Source: Oscillospiraceae bacterium (GTDB lineage Bacteria > Bacillota > Clostridia > Oscillospirales > Oscillospiraceae). From it: a stretch of 64,000 bases of DNA. Both the position numbers and the translations under genes were made by a program. The stretch covers positions 44,363 to 108,362 of the forward strand of contig SVKX01000001.1 of the NCBI GenBank assembly GCA_015068225.1, in the 5' to 3' direction. This document shows positions 48,396-57,572 of the stretch, piece by piece. Under the pieces are notes generated by a model, which saw only the letters and a program-made list of their open reading frames with translations, had not been told where the DNA came from and did not search any database. The stretch's first letter is position 1. Each line of letters begins with the position of its first letter.

Positions 48396-49060
48396 TACAG
48401 CACACCCCGCTTGTACAAGATCCGTGCCACAGCAATGGTAAACACTGCGGAAACCGGCACCATAATGCCCACAGTACCGGAATTCATGGCGGAGATAAAG
48501 ATAAACAGCACCAGCATCAGCAGGATGGGGGCAACGGCTATCTTCCAGTTCTTGGAAACAAAGGCCACACCCAGACCGCCAAACAGGGCTGGCAGGATCT
48601 GCTCAAAGGCAGGCTGCAGCACAGGCGCTTCCAGAATGGGAGTCAGCGGGGCAATGCAGATGACGCCGATGAGGATGATCACGGTAGTAACGATGCTGGA
48701 GGTGGCGATGGCGATGGTAGAGATGATCTCACCCTCCTCGCTGTTGGCGCTGACCTCATTCTGCTCCAGCGCGTTGATAGCGCAGGGCAGCTTCAGGTTG
48801 GATATGTTGCCGGTAACGAAGCTTAAGTAGGAGCCGCCGGCGCCCAGCATGGGCACAAAGGTGACGGTTTCAATGGCGCCCACAGCCCAGTACATGGGGG
48901 CGGTGGCCAGAAGGCCCATGCCCAGTGCGCCCCAGTCCGGAGAGACGCTGAACAAAACAGCTACCGTCAAGGGGAAAGCCAGAAGCAGCACCATAACGCT
49001 GAGATTCCAGATCCGTCCGCTGCGGTGGACAGAGTCCATGTAAGACAGGTTCTTTTTCAT
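48395..49060 (-). CDS. Uncharacterised membrane protein (DUF5058 partner)
   Basis: P.LG.GGSYLSFVTGNISNLKLPC and multiple TMs. Its stop overlaps the M20 start. Confidence 0.75.
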   Translation of the reverse strand: MKKNLSYMDSVHRSGRIWNLSVMVLLLAFPLTVAVLFSVSPDWGALGMGLLATAPMYWAVGAIETVTFVPMLGAGGSYLSFVTGNISNLKLPCAINALEQNEVSANSEEGEIISTIAIATSSIVTTVIILIGVICIAPLTPILEAPVLQPAFEQILPALFGGLGVAFVSKNWKIAVAPILLMLVLFIFISAMNSGTVGIMVPVSAVFTIAVARILYKRGVL

Positions 49061-49073
49061 GTCAGCACCCTCC

Positions 49074-49826
49074 TTAACCCAGCCACGCGGTAAAGGGAAT
49101 GGCAGAGGCCATGCCCATGATCAGGCTCAGGGGCAGGGCATATTCTCCCAGCCACTTGAATTTCGGTTTTTTCATCAGCAGGCCGCAGACCACCATGACC
49201 ATTGCCGAAACCAGCATAACGGCTACCGGAACCAGACCGGAGGTGGCGGTGTATTCTTCGCTGGGAGTCCACAGGCGGGAAATATCGCAGAAAACAAAGC
49301 CCAAAAATGCGGCGATCATGCCAATAAACAGGGAATTGCTGAAAATATCTGCCCATTTGGCATCCCGCTTACCCAAAGAGGTCATGCCGCTTTGCAGCTT
49401 TTTGCCAATGGCAGGCACCAGCCAGATGCCCATCATAATGGAAATCGTCATGACCATTAAAACATTGACATACTGCTGGGCAGTCAGGGCCACGCCGGAG
49501 CCGAGGGACTGGCCCATAGCGCTCAGGGCATTGTTGGCGGCGACGGTCTCGTAGCTCATAGAGCCGATAACGCTCAGCCGCAGCCAAGGTAGGGGAAGAC
49601 CCAGCTTTTTGCTCAGGGTAATGACACTGATCACGATGGCCACAGCCGGTGCAACAGTGAAAATCGCGGCGGTCTTGATCGTCTTGCGGATCTTTTTTTG
49701 ATCCATGCCGAGGGCCTTGCTCCGCTTCAGTGCCTTTACAAGAAAGAATACCGATTGGGCAAGAACAACGGCGATCAGGATCCCTGCCAGAACAAACAGG
49801 ACAGGATGATTGATACTGAATTCCAT
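49074..49826 (-). CDS. DUF5058 family membrane protein
   Basis: QSVFFL.KA, G.PLPWLRLSVIGS..YE and EYALP.S motifs. Confidence 0.75.
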   Translation of the reverse strand: MEFSINHPVLFVLAGILIAVVLAQSVFFLVKALKRSKALGMDQKKIRKTIKTAAIFTVAPAVAIVISVITLSKKLGLPLPWLRLSVIGSMSYETVAANNALSAMGQSLGSGVALTAQQYVNVLMVMTISIMMGIWLVPAIGKKLQSGMTSLGKRDAKWADIFSNSLFIGMIAAFLGFVFCDISRLWTPSEEYTATSGLVPVAVMLVSAMVMVVCGLLMKKPKFKWLGEYALPLSLIMGMASAIPFTAWLG

Positions 49827-50010
49827 AAATGGCACCTCCCATTAAAATATGGAAATATTGTAGCATAATTTACCATGCAACACAAGCGCTATGTGACGTA
49901 GTTCGACAGGGGGAACCGGAATCAAAAAAATAATCTTGGGGAAAGAACTTGCTATTTGGAATTTAATCTAGTATATTAAATAAATAGGATCGAAACAAAG
50001 AGGTGCAACC

Positions 50011-51477
50011 ATGGGTAATATTGCCTTTGATAATGACAAGTATCTGCAGACCCAGTCGGAGCATATCCGCCAGCGGATCGCCCAGTTTGGCGGCAAGCTG
50101 TATCTGGAGTTTGGCGGCAAGCTGTATGATGACAATCATGCATCCCGGGTGCTGCCCGGTTTTCAGCCGGACAGCAAGCTGAAAATGCTCCTGCAGCTGA
50201 AGGAGCAGGTGGAGATGGTTATTGCCATCAATGCGGCGGATATCGAAAAGAGCAAGATCCGGGGCGATCTGGGCATTACCTATGACCAGGATGTAATTCG
50301 GCTGATTGATATTTTCCGGGATTTCGGCCTGTATGTTTCCAGCGTTGTGCTTACCCGGTTCAGCGATCAGCCTGCGGTCAAGGCGTTTCAGGCCCGGCTG
50401 GAGAGCGTGGGTGTAAGGGTCTATCACCATTATGCCATTGAGGGTTACCCCTCCAACATCTCCTATATCGTCAGCGATGAGGGCTATGGCCGCAACGATT
50501 ATATTGAGACCACCCGGGAGCTGGTGGTGGTCACCGCGCCGGGCCCCGGCAGCGGCAAGCTGGCAACCTGCCTGAGCCAGCTTTATCATGAGCACAAGCG
50601 GGGGGTAAAGGCAGGCTATGCCAAATTTGAGACCTTTCCCATTTGGAATCTGCCGCTGAACCATCCGGTAAACCTTGCTTATGAGGCAGCCACGGCGGAT
50701 CTGAATGATGTAAACATGATTGATCCCTTCCATCTGGAAGCCTATGGAAAGACCACTGTGAATTACAACCGGGATGTGGAGGCATTTCCCGTTCTGGTGG
50801 CTATGTTTGAAAAGATTCTGGGAGAATGCCCCTATAAATCCCCCACGGATATGGGCGTCAATATGGTGGGCAACTGCATTATTGATGATGAGGCGGCCAG
50901 AGAGGCCTCCCGCCAGGAAATCATCCGCCGGTATTACGGTGTACTTTGTGATCAAAGGCAGGGCAAGGTATCCGATGATGTGGTGCTGAAGCTGGAGCTT
51001 TTGATGAAAAAAGCCGGCGTAGATGCAACCAGCCGCCGGGTGGTTGCTCCTGCACTGAAAAAGGCAGAGGAAACCGGTCTTCCCGCTGCGGCACTGGAAC
51101 TTCCCGATGGCACCATCGTTACCGGAAAGACCTCCAATCTGCTGGGAGCATCCTCTGCGCTGCTTCTGAATGCTCTAAAAGTCCTTGGTGGTATGCCGGA
51201 TGACCTGCATTTGATCGCGCCGGTGGCCATCGATCCCATCCAGCGGCTGAAAGTCGTCCATCTGGGCAACCGGAATCCCCGGCTGCATACGGATGAGACC
51301 CTGATCGCCCTGTCCATCAGTGCAGCTACCAATCCCACTGCAGAGATGGCACTCAGGCAGCTCAATAAGCTCAGAGGGTGCGATGTCCACTCTTCCGTGA
51401 TCCTCTCGTCGGTAGACGAAAGAACTCTGAAACGGCTGGGCCTGAACCTGACCTGTGAGCCCAGATATAAAGGATAA
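50011..51477 (+). CDS. DUF1846 (UPF0371) protein
   Basis: KLYLEFGGKL.DD.HASRVLPGF, TAPGPGSGK, GYAKFETFP and NYNRDVE.FP. Confidence 0.88.
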   Translation: MGNIAFDNDKYLQTQSEHIRQRIAQFGGKLYLEFGGKLYDDNHASRVLPGFQPDSKLKMLLQLKEQVEMVIAINAADIEKSKIRGDLGITYDQDVIRLIDIFRDFGLYVSSVVLTRFSDQPAVKAFQARLESVGVRVYHHYAIEGYPSNISYIVSDEGYGRNDYIETTRELVVVTAPGPGSGKLATCLSQLYHEHKRGVKAGYAKFETFPIWNLPLNHPVNLAYEAATADLNDVNMIDPFHLEAYGKTTVNYNRDVEAFPVLVAMFEKILGECPYKSPTDMGVNMVGNCIIDDEAAREASRQEIIRRYYGVLCDQRQGKVSDDVVLKLELLMKKAGVDATSRRVVAPALKKAEETGLPAAALELPDGTIVTGKTSNLLGASSALLLNALKVLGGMPDDLHLIAPVAIDPIQRLKVVHLGNRNPRLHTDETLIALSISAATNPTAEMALRQLNKLRGCDVHSSVILSSVDERTLKRLGLNLTCEPRYKG

Positions 51478-51509
51478 AAAAAGTGTGCTGCATTGCAGCA
51501 CACTTTTTT
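51477..51509. terminator. Bidirectional terminator
   Basis: AAAAAAGTGTGCTGCA-T-TGCAGCACACTTTTTT. Confidence 0.8.
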
Positions 51510-51510
51510 G

Positions 51511-52965
51511 TTATCTGTGAAGCCATGTGGAGCGGGAGAATAGTACCAGAATAGGGAAGATCTCCAATCGTCCTGCCAGCATATCCCAGATCAGCACCAG
51601 CTTGGACAGGGGACTGAAGCCAGCAAAATTGCAGCTTGGGCCTACAGCCTCCAATCCCGGGCCAATATTGTTGAAGCAGGCAAGAACCGCTGTAATATTT
51701 GTGGTGGTGGAGAAGCCATCCAGAGAGATCAGCAGCACACTGGCGATGATAATGATCACATAAGCGGCAAGATAGGCGTTGGTATTGGCGAGGATCTGCT
51801 CGTCTGCCACCTGATCGTTGCTGCGGATCACCTGAACTTTTTTCGGATGCAGCACCTGACGGATGTTACGCCGCAGGCTTTTGAAGATCAGCAGCACTCT
51901 TGCGATCTTGATACCACCTCCGGTAGAGCCGGCGCAGGCACCGGTGATCATCAGCATTAGCAATATGGCTTTGGAAAAACTGGGCCACAGGTCGAAATTT
52001 GTAGTGGCATAGCCTGTGGTGGTGATAATGCTGCTGACCTGAAAGAATGCATGGCGGAAGGTTTCTTCTGCAGAGCTGAAAGTTCCCCAAAGGTTTGCAA
52101 CGATCAGAAGGACGCTGCCTGCTACGATACCGATGTACAGCCGCAGTTCTTCATCCTTGAATACACTTTTAAACTGCCGCAGCAATATCAGATAATAGCA
52201 GCTGAAATTGATGCCGAACAGCAGCATGAAGACAGCGGTCACATATTGGATATAGGGGCTGTAACTGGCGATAGAATCGCTCCTTACACCAAAACCACCG
52301 GTTCCAGCTGTGCCGAATGCGGTACATACTGCGTCAAACAGAGGCATATTTCCCAGCAGAAGGAAAAGAATGTTCAAAAGAGTAAGCGCAATATAGATAA
52401 AATACAGGATCGTGGCAGTTTTTCGCATTTTGGGTACCAGCTTGCCAACCGCCGGCCCGGGGCTTTCTGCCCGCAGCAGATGCATAGTAAAGCCAGCACC
52501 CTGGTTATCTCCGGGACTCAGGGCCAGCAGAAATACCAGAACGCCCATGCCGCCCAGCCAGTGGCTGAAGCTGCGCCAATAGAGGATGCTGTTCGGCAGA
52601 TCCTCCGGCCTTGCCAGTACCGAAGAACCGGTGGTGGTGAAGCCGGAAACGATTTCAAACAGGGCATCGATATAGTTGGGGATAGCGCCGGAGAACACAA
52701 AAGGCAGGCAGCCTGCAAGGCTTAAAAAAATCCAGCTCAGACCTACGCAAACCAGACCTTCCTTGGCGTTCATGCCCCGGCGGGCACTGCGGCAAAGCAG
52801 GATCAGGATGCCGGAGACTACTGCGATCACGGCCATGGTCTTCAAAAAGGCGGAAACAGCCAGAGCTTCTCCGCTGCACAGGCTGATGATCAGCGCCGGG
52901 AGCATGAAAACTGCTTCTACCAGCAGAATCAGGGCTATGAAACGCCCGATCATTTTAAAGTTCAT
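51511..52965 (-). CDS. trkH: Trk potassium uptake membrane protein
   Basis: SGFTTTG, WLGGMG, TTTGY, GACAGSTGGG.K, NIGPG and GRLE. Confidence 0.92.
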   Translation of the reverse strand: MNFKMIGRFIALILLVEAVFMLPALIISLCSGEALAVSAFLKTMAVIAVVSGILILLCRSARRGMNAKEGLVCVGLSWIFLSLAGCLPFVFSGAIPNYIDALFEIVSGFTTTGSSVLARPEDLPNSILYWRSFSHWLGGMGVLVFLLALSPGDNQGAGFTMHLLRAESPGPAVGKLVPKMRKTATILYFIYIALTLLNILFLLLGNMPLFDAVCTAFGTAGTGGFGVRSDSIASYSPYIQYVTAVFMLLFGINFSCYYLILLRQFKSVFKDEELRLYIGIVAGSVLLIVANLWGTFSSAEETFRHAFFQVSSIITTTGYATTNFDLWPSFSKAILLMLMITGACAGSTGGGIKIARVLLIFKSLRRNIRQVLHPKKVQVIRSNDQVADEQILANTNAYLAAYVIIIIASVLLISLDGFSTTTNITAVLACFNNIGPGLEAVGPSCNFAGFSPLSKLVLIWDMLAGRLEIFPILVLFSRSTWLHR

Positions 52966-52981
52966 AAACCCCAGCCCCCGA

Positions 52982-54340
52982 TCATGCGAAAATGTCGTCC
53001 AGCTGCTGCAGGATGCCCCGGCCGCTGGTAACGACAACCAGAGAGTCACCGGCATGGAACATAGAATTGCCGTTGGGTATCTCTGTATGAGCGCCGTGGG
53101 AAATGCTGGCGATCAGAACATTGGGCTTCAGCTTTAGGGACTTCAGAGGAATGCCCTGATTGCGTGTGGGTTCCTCCACCAGAAATTCTACAGCCTCTGC
53201 CTGACCGTCAGCAATGGCGTGGACGGACACAGCAGCGCCGGTTTGATTCTGCATGGCGCGGACATAGCGGATAATATGGTTGCAGCACAGCTCTTTGGGG
53301 CATACAATACTGCCCAAAGGCAGACTGTCGATGATATTTCGGTTTTCTGCATGACTGAGCTTGGTAATAACCTGAGGGACATTGCGGGAGGAACCGTAAA
53401 GGGAGATGATCATATTCAGCTCGTCGGTTCCTGTCATGGTAACCAGTGCGTCGCAGGAGGATAGTCCCTCGTTTTCCAAAAGTGTGTGGTCGGTGGCATC
53501 GCCGTGGACTACGCAGGTCTGGGGCAGCAGGGCAGCCAGCTCTTTGCAGCGGCGGTAATTGCTGTCGATAAGCTGGACGGAAACATTGCTTTTTTCCAGC
53601 AGGGCAGCCAGATAATAGCTGACCCGACCGCCACCGCAGAGGATGACCCGCCTTGCCCGACGGGTGATGATGTCAAGGTTTTTCAGCATGACAGTCAGAT
53701 TTTCTGTGGGAGCGGTAACGAAGATCCGGTCGCCCTCCTGCAGGATAAAATTACCGCGGGGAACGGCAGCAGTACCGCTGCGCAAAACAGCACAGACCAG
53801 AACCTTGCATTTGACAATGCCGGGCATTTCCTGCAGGGAAACCCCGCACAGCTTACTGTCCCGGTCGATCTTCAGCTCCACGATCTCTACCCGGCCTTTG
53901 GCAAAGGAATCCCTGCGCAAAAAGCCCGGATACTTCAGCAGCCGTTCTATTTCAACAGCAGCCTGATTTTCCGGATTGATGGTCATGGAAAGAGCAAAAA
54001 TATCCCGCATTTCATAGATCTGTTGGGTATATTCCGGATTCCGGATCCGGGCGATGGTATGTAAATTGGGGTTGATGCCGTGGGCAGTGGTGCAGCACAG
54101 AAGATTCACCTCGTCCGCGTTGGTGGCGGCGATCAGCAGATCCGCATCCTTGATGCCTGCCTGCAGCAGCACCGCCATGGAGGCGCAGTTGCCGTGAACG
54201 GTCATCATATCAAAGCGTTCCATGCTGGCGTTGAGCACCTGCGCATTGGAATCAATCAGGGTGATATCATGTTTTTCAGCGGAAAGCTGGTGGGCCAGAG
54301 TAATGCCGACCTTTCCGCCGCCTGCAATAATAATATTCAT
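52982..54340 (-). CDS. trkA: Trk potassium uptake NAD-binding RCK protein
   Basis: Two RCK units (IAGGGKVG and ILCGGGRV). Confidence 0.92.
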   Translation of the reverse strand: MNIIIAGGGKVGITLAHQLSAEKHDITLIDSNAQVLNASMERFDMMTVHGNCASMAVLLQAGIKDADLLIAATNADEVNLLCCTTAHGINPNLHTIARIRNPEYTQQIYEMRDIFALSMTINPENQAAVEIERLLKYPGFLRRDSFAKGRVEIVELKIDRDSKLCGVSLQEMPGIVKCKVLVCAVLRSGTAAVPRGNFILQEGDRIFVTAPTENLTVMLKNLDIITRRARRVILCGGGRVSYYLAALLEKSNVSVQLIDSNYRRCKELAALLPQTCVVHGDATDHTLLENEGLSSCDALVTMTGTDELNMIISLYGSSRNVPQVITKLSHAENRNIIDSLPLGSIVCPKELCCNHIIRYVRAMQNQTGAAVSVHAIADGQAEAVEFLVEEPTRNQGIPLKSLKLKPNVLIASISHGAHTEIPNGNSMFHAGDSLVVVTSGRGILQQLDDIFA

Positions 54341-54378
54341 GGCAGCCTCCCTATTCCGTAAAAATGGGTATTTTTATT

Positions 54379-54407
54379 AGTATAACAGTTTTGAATAAAA
54401 AAGACAA
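54379..54407 (-). promoter_or_regulatory. SigmaA promoter of trkAH
   Basis: Minus strand TTGTCT-17 nt-TATACT with an extended TG. Confidence 0.6.
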
Positions 54408-54717
54408 TATCCGTCAGTAAAGTTACAGCAAAAGTCGGAGAGCAGATACCTGGGGAAAACAAAATGCCGGCCTGGTATACAGCCGGCAGAAGGTGGGTAT
54501 TTTTACTATTGTATCAGCTTAGCCGGAGAAAGTCCATCCTTTCTAAAAAATACCCTCACGAAGATCAGACCGTTTCTGCGCAAAGGATTGTGGGATCGTA
54601 CAATTTTTTTGGTGAAAGCAAAAAAATGATTGAAAATATGGGGAATTTGCGGTATAACATTGTTGTATTGATTCTATCCGGTCTGTGTTTCTCACGGCCG
54701 GGAAAAGAGGTTACTGT

Positions 54718-55905
54718 ATGGAACGAAAAGTCGGAACTGTATCCAGAGGCATTCGCTGCCCTATTATCCGGGAGGGCGATGATCTGGTCAGTATTGTTGT
54801 GCAGAGCGTATTGGAAGCTGCGGAAAGTGAAGGCTATACCATGCGCGACCGGGATGTGGTGGCGATCACCGAATCTGTGGTGGCCCGGGCTCAGGGCAAC
54901 TATGCCAGTGTGGATGCCATCGCCAAGGATGTCCGCGCCAAGCTGGGCGGCGAAACGGTTGGCGTGATCTTCCCCATTTTGTCCCGGAACCGGTTTGCCA
55001 TCTGCCTGCGGGGCATCGCCAGAGGCGCCAAGAAAGTGGTGCTGATGCTCAGCTATCCTTCCGATGAAGTGGGCAATGAGCTGGTTTCTCTGGACAAGCT
55101 GGATGAAGCCAAGGTCAATCCCTACTCTGATGTGCTGTCTCTGGAGCGCTACCGCCAGCTGTTTGGTGAGAATCTGCATCCCTTTACACTGGTGGACTAT
55201 GTGCAGTACTATTCCGATCTGATCCGGGAAGAGGGTGCGGAGGTAGAGGTCGTCTTTGCCAATGACCCCCGGGTGATTTTGGACTATACAAAAAATGTGC
55301 TTACCTGTGATATCCACACCAGAGCCCGCACCAAGCGGCTGCTGTGGGGTGCCGGCGCAGAAAAGGTCTGCGGTCTGGATGATATTCTCACTGCTCCTGT
55401 GGACGGCAGCGGCTGCAATGAAAAGTTCGGTCTGCTGGGCTCCAACAAATCTACCGAGGATAAGGTCAAGCTTTTCCCCAGAGAGTGCTCCGGTCTGGTC
55501 CGGGACATTCAGGCCAAGTTCCTGGAAAAGACTGGCCGTCTGGTGGAAGTCATGGTCTATGGCGACGGTGCATTTAAGGATCCTGTGGGCAAGATCTGGG
55601 AGCTGGCTGACCCCAGCGTCTCCGTGGCCCATACCCCGGGTCTGGAGGGCACGCCCAATGAACTAAAGCTGAAGTATCTGGCGGACAATGATTTTGCCGA
55701 CCTGTCCGGTGAGGCGCTGAAGAAGGCCATCGAAGGCGCAATCCGGGAAAAGGGCGATCTGGCAGGCTCTATGGCCTCTCAGGGTACTACCCCCCGCCGC
55801 CTGACGGATCTGATCGGCTCTTTGTGTGACCTGACCTCCGGCTCCGGCGACAAGGGAACACCCATCATCCACATTCAGGGCTATTTCGACAATTATACTA
55901 TGTAA
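54718..55905 (+). CDS. Coenzyme F420-0:L-glutamate ligase (CofE)-like protein
   Basis: GIRCPII.EGDDL, TESVVARAQGN, GTTPR.LTDL.GSLCDL.SGSGDKGTP. Confidence 0.8.
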   Translation: MERKVGTVSRGIRCPIIREGDDLVSIVVQSVLEAAESEGYTMRDRDVVAITESVVARAQGNYASVDAIAKDVRAKLGGETVGVIFPILSRNRFAICLRGIARGAKKVVLMLSYPSDEVGNELVSLDKLDEAKVNPYSDVLSLERYRQLFGENLHPFTLVDYVQYYSDLIREEGAEVEVVFANDPRVILDYTKNVLTCDIHTRARTKRLLWGAGAEKVCGLDDILTAPVDGSGCNEKFGLLGSNKSTEDKVKLFPRECSGLVRDIQAKFLEKTGRLVEVMVYGDGAFKDPVGKIWELADPSVSVAHTPGLEGTPNELKLKYLADNDFADLSGEALKKAIEGAIREKGDLAGSMASQGTTPRRLTDLIGSLCDLTSGSGDKGTPIIHIQGYFDNYTM

Positions 55906-55913
55906 AGTAAAAT

Positions 55914-55941
55914 GGGCGTGTTGCAAAAATGCAACACGCCC
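55914..55941. repeat. Palindromic repeat/terminator, copy 1
   Basis: GGGCGTGTTGCA-AAAA-TGCAACACGCCC, with a near-identical inverted copy at 57540. Confidence 0.75.
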
Positions 55942-56033
55942 TAAAATTATGCGGATAACTACGCCTAAGGATGCAAAGGCGGGCAATGTCTGCCTGCAGA
56001 CGATAAAACTGTCACCCCACCTCCCCTGTGCAA

Positions 56034-56231
56034 GCAATGTCATTAAGATAGTGTCATTGCGAACCAGTGACCGATGTCACTGGTGTGGCAACCTCCTCCT
56101 ATTTAGGGGATTCCCACGCCAGTGGTGCTCCGCGCAGCGAATCAAAATTAATCGCTTGCCGGGGGCAAGCGCACATTGATTCTGTGCGCACTGGCTCGGA
56201 ATGACATACTGTCTTAACTTAATGACATTGC
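56034..56231. mobile_element. 198-bp MITE/REPIN-like non-autonomous element
   Basis: Perfect 14-bp TIR GCAATGTCATTAAG/CTTAATGACATTGC and a 9-bp direct repeat CCTGTGCAA on both sides (56025-56033, 56232-56240). Internal hairpins. Confidence 0.8.
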
Positions 56232-56559
56232 CCTGTGCAAGAGGAGGCTTTTCCTGTTGTGGGGTCGGATGATGGAGAGCAAGACGAAAAGTTTTTTTAA
56301 ATTTAGTGGGATATTGACACAGAGTGTACACATTGGCCCCTTATGATGTGGGTGAAAAGGGAAAAAGATTACAGCACGCTTTTTATACCGGAAAATCGCT
56401 TTTTATTTTTTGTTTGAGCCCATCCTTCATTGACGAAGTGTTTTTCCAATTATATAATTTCATTATACTATGAAACTGTTATTATTTAATTGCTTGGGAG
56501 TGATTCCAATGGCCCTTTTCATGTAAGCATCAGATAAAAATATATTAGGAGGGTGTTTT

Positions 56560-57510
56560 TTGATGACTTGTAAGAAACTTTTATACATAGGTGCATGCGT
56601 TGCGCTGGCTGTACTTTTGGTTGGTGTTGTGCTGTATTTTGTCACCTGGACCACGGATGTGGAAATTAATAACTGGCGCATAGTGAGAGCAGACGGTTTC
56701 GACCTCTTTTCTCAGGACATAAGGCTTCGTCTGCGCAGACATAATTACATCTTAAGGCCTGCGGAATATGAGGTGCTGGCATATGAATCCGGAGTAACTG
56801 TCGCATCTGAGCTTTCCCTGCCTGAGGGCTGCCGCGCAGTGAGTCAGCATGATGATCCCTCTTATGTAATTACCCAGGGGTATTCAAGGAGTTATGAATT
56901 AAATACAATTTCTGAACTCTATTTCGCGTTCAGTATGGAAAACGGCGTTTTTATTGCCAGTGGCAATAATACAAATTACCTGATCGGCTACGCGGACAGG
57001 TCTCAAAAACCCGCACAGATTTTGGACTACTTCTCTGATTTTATCGAAAACGGCTGTATGCCACCCCTTCCCGACGATTCTGTCATTAACCTCAATGATA
57101 CGGAGGCATCTCTTAATATTTTGAATTGGGCTGTTGTCACCCCCGACGGTGAGCTCGTTGAAACGCCCCAGATGAAGCTTAGATTACGGGTACAGGACTA
57201 TCTCTCTGAAAACCCTGAGCTCGATGTGCTGTCGTTCTATGTGCCCCAAGATAGCCGATATGTCTTCCGCCTGTATGACGGTAATCCTGTGGGAATTCAT
57301 AATCCCAATTCGAAATATAGAGTTTATAAAGGTTTTTCTTCGGATAGGGATTCAGGTGACGGTGGATCCTGTCAATACTACCTGAGTGTAGAGAATGGCT
57401 ATATCCTTACAAAGGTTGCCGAAACAGGGAATTATCTCATCGGCTCCGCCAAGGCGGATTACGATGTGAAGGAAATTCTGAAGTTTTTCTCTAAATATAC
57501 CGGAAAATAG
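56560..57510 (+). CDS. Hypothetical membrane-anchored protein with two tandem homologous domains
   Basis: N-terminal TM, AGGAGG RBS, and the repeated pattern NW..V..DG...LRLR...Y...S.ENG...NYLIG.A...IL..FS. Confidence 0.7.
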   Translation: MMTCKKLLYIGACVALAVLLVGVVLYFVTWTTDVEINNWRIVRADGFDLFSQDIRLRLRRHNYILRPAEYEVLAYESGVTVASELSLPEGCRAVSQHDDPSYVITQGYSRSYELNTISELYFAFSMENGVFIASGNNTNYLIGYADRSQKPAQILDYFSDFIENGCMPPLPDDSVINLNDTEASLNILNWAVVTPDGELVETPQMKLRLRVQDYLSENPELDVLSFYVPQDSRYVFRLYDGNPVGIHNPNSKYRVYKGFSSDRDSGDGGSCQYYLSVENGYILTKVAETGNYLIGSAKADYDVKEILKFFSKYTGK

Positions 57511-57539
57511 CAGCGAATTCTGACAATAAAATGATTTTT

Positions 57540-57567
57540 GGGCGTGTTGCATTTTCGCAACACGCCC
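57540..57567. repeat. Palindromic repeat/terminator, copy 2
   Basis: GGGCGTGTTGCATTTTCGCAACACGCCC. Confidence 0.75.
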
Positions 57568-57572
57568 GTTTC

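Noticed and set aside
54340-54700. c-di-AMP (ydaO) riboswitch upstream of trkA
   Set aside because: Conserved ydaO sequence blocks were not found by eye, and the proximal leader is too short.
55906-56250. Possible CRISPR array or tRNA
   Set aside because: No regularly spaced direct repeats with unique spacers, no cas genes and no cloverleaf with T/D-loop consensus.
55949-56331. Short ORFs of 76 and 84 aa
   Set aside because: They run through the MITE/REP palindromes and show no coding signals.
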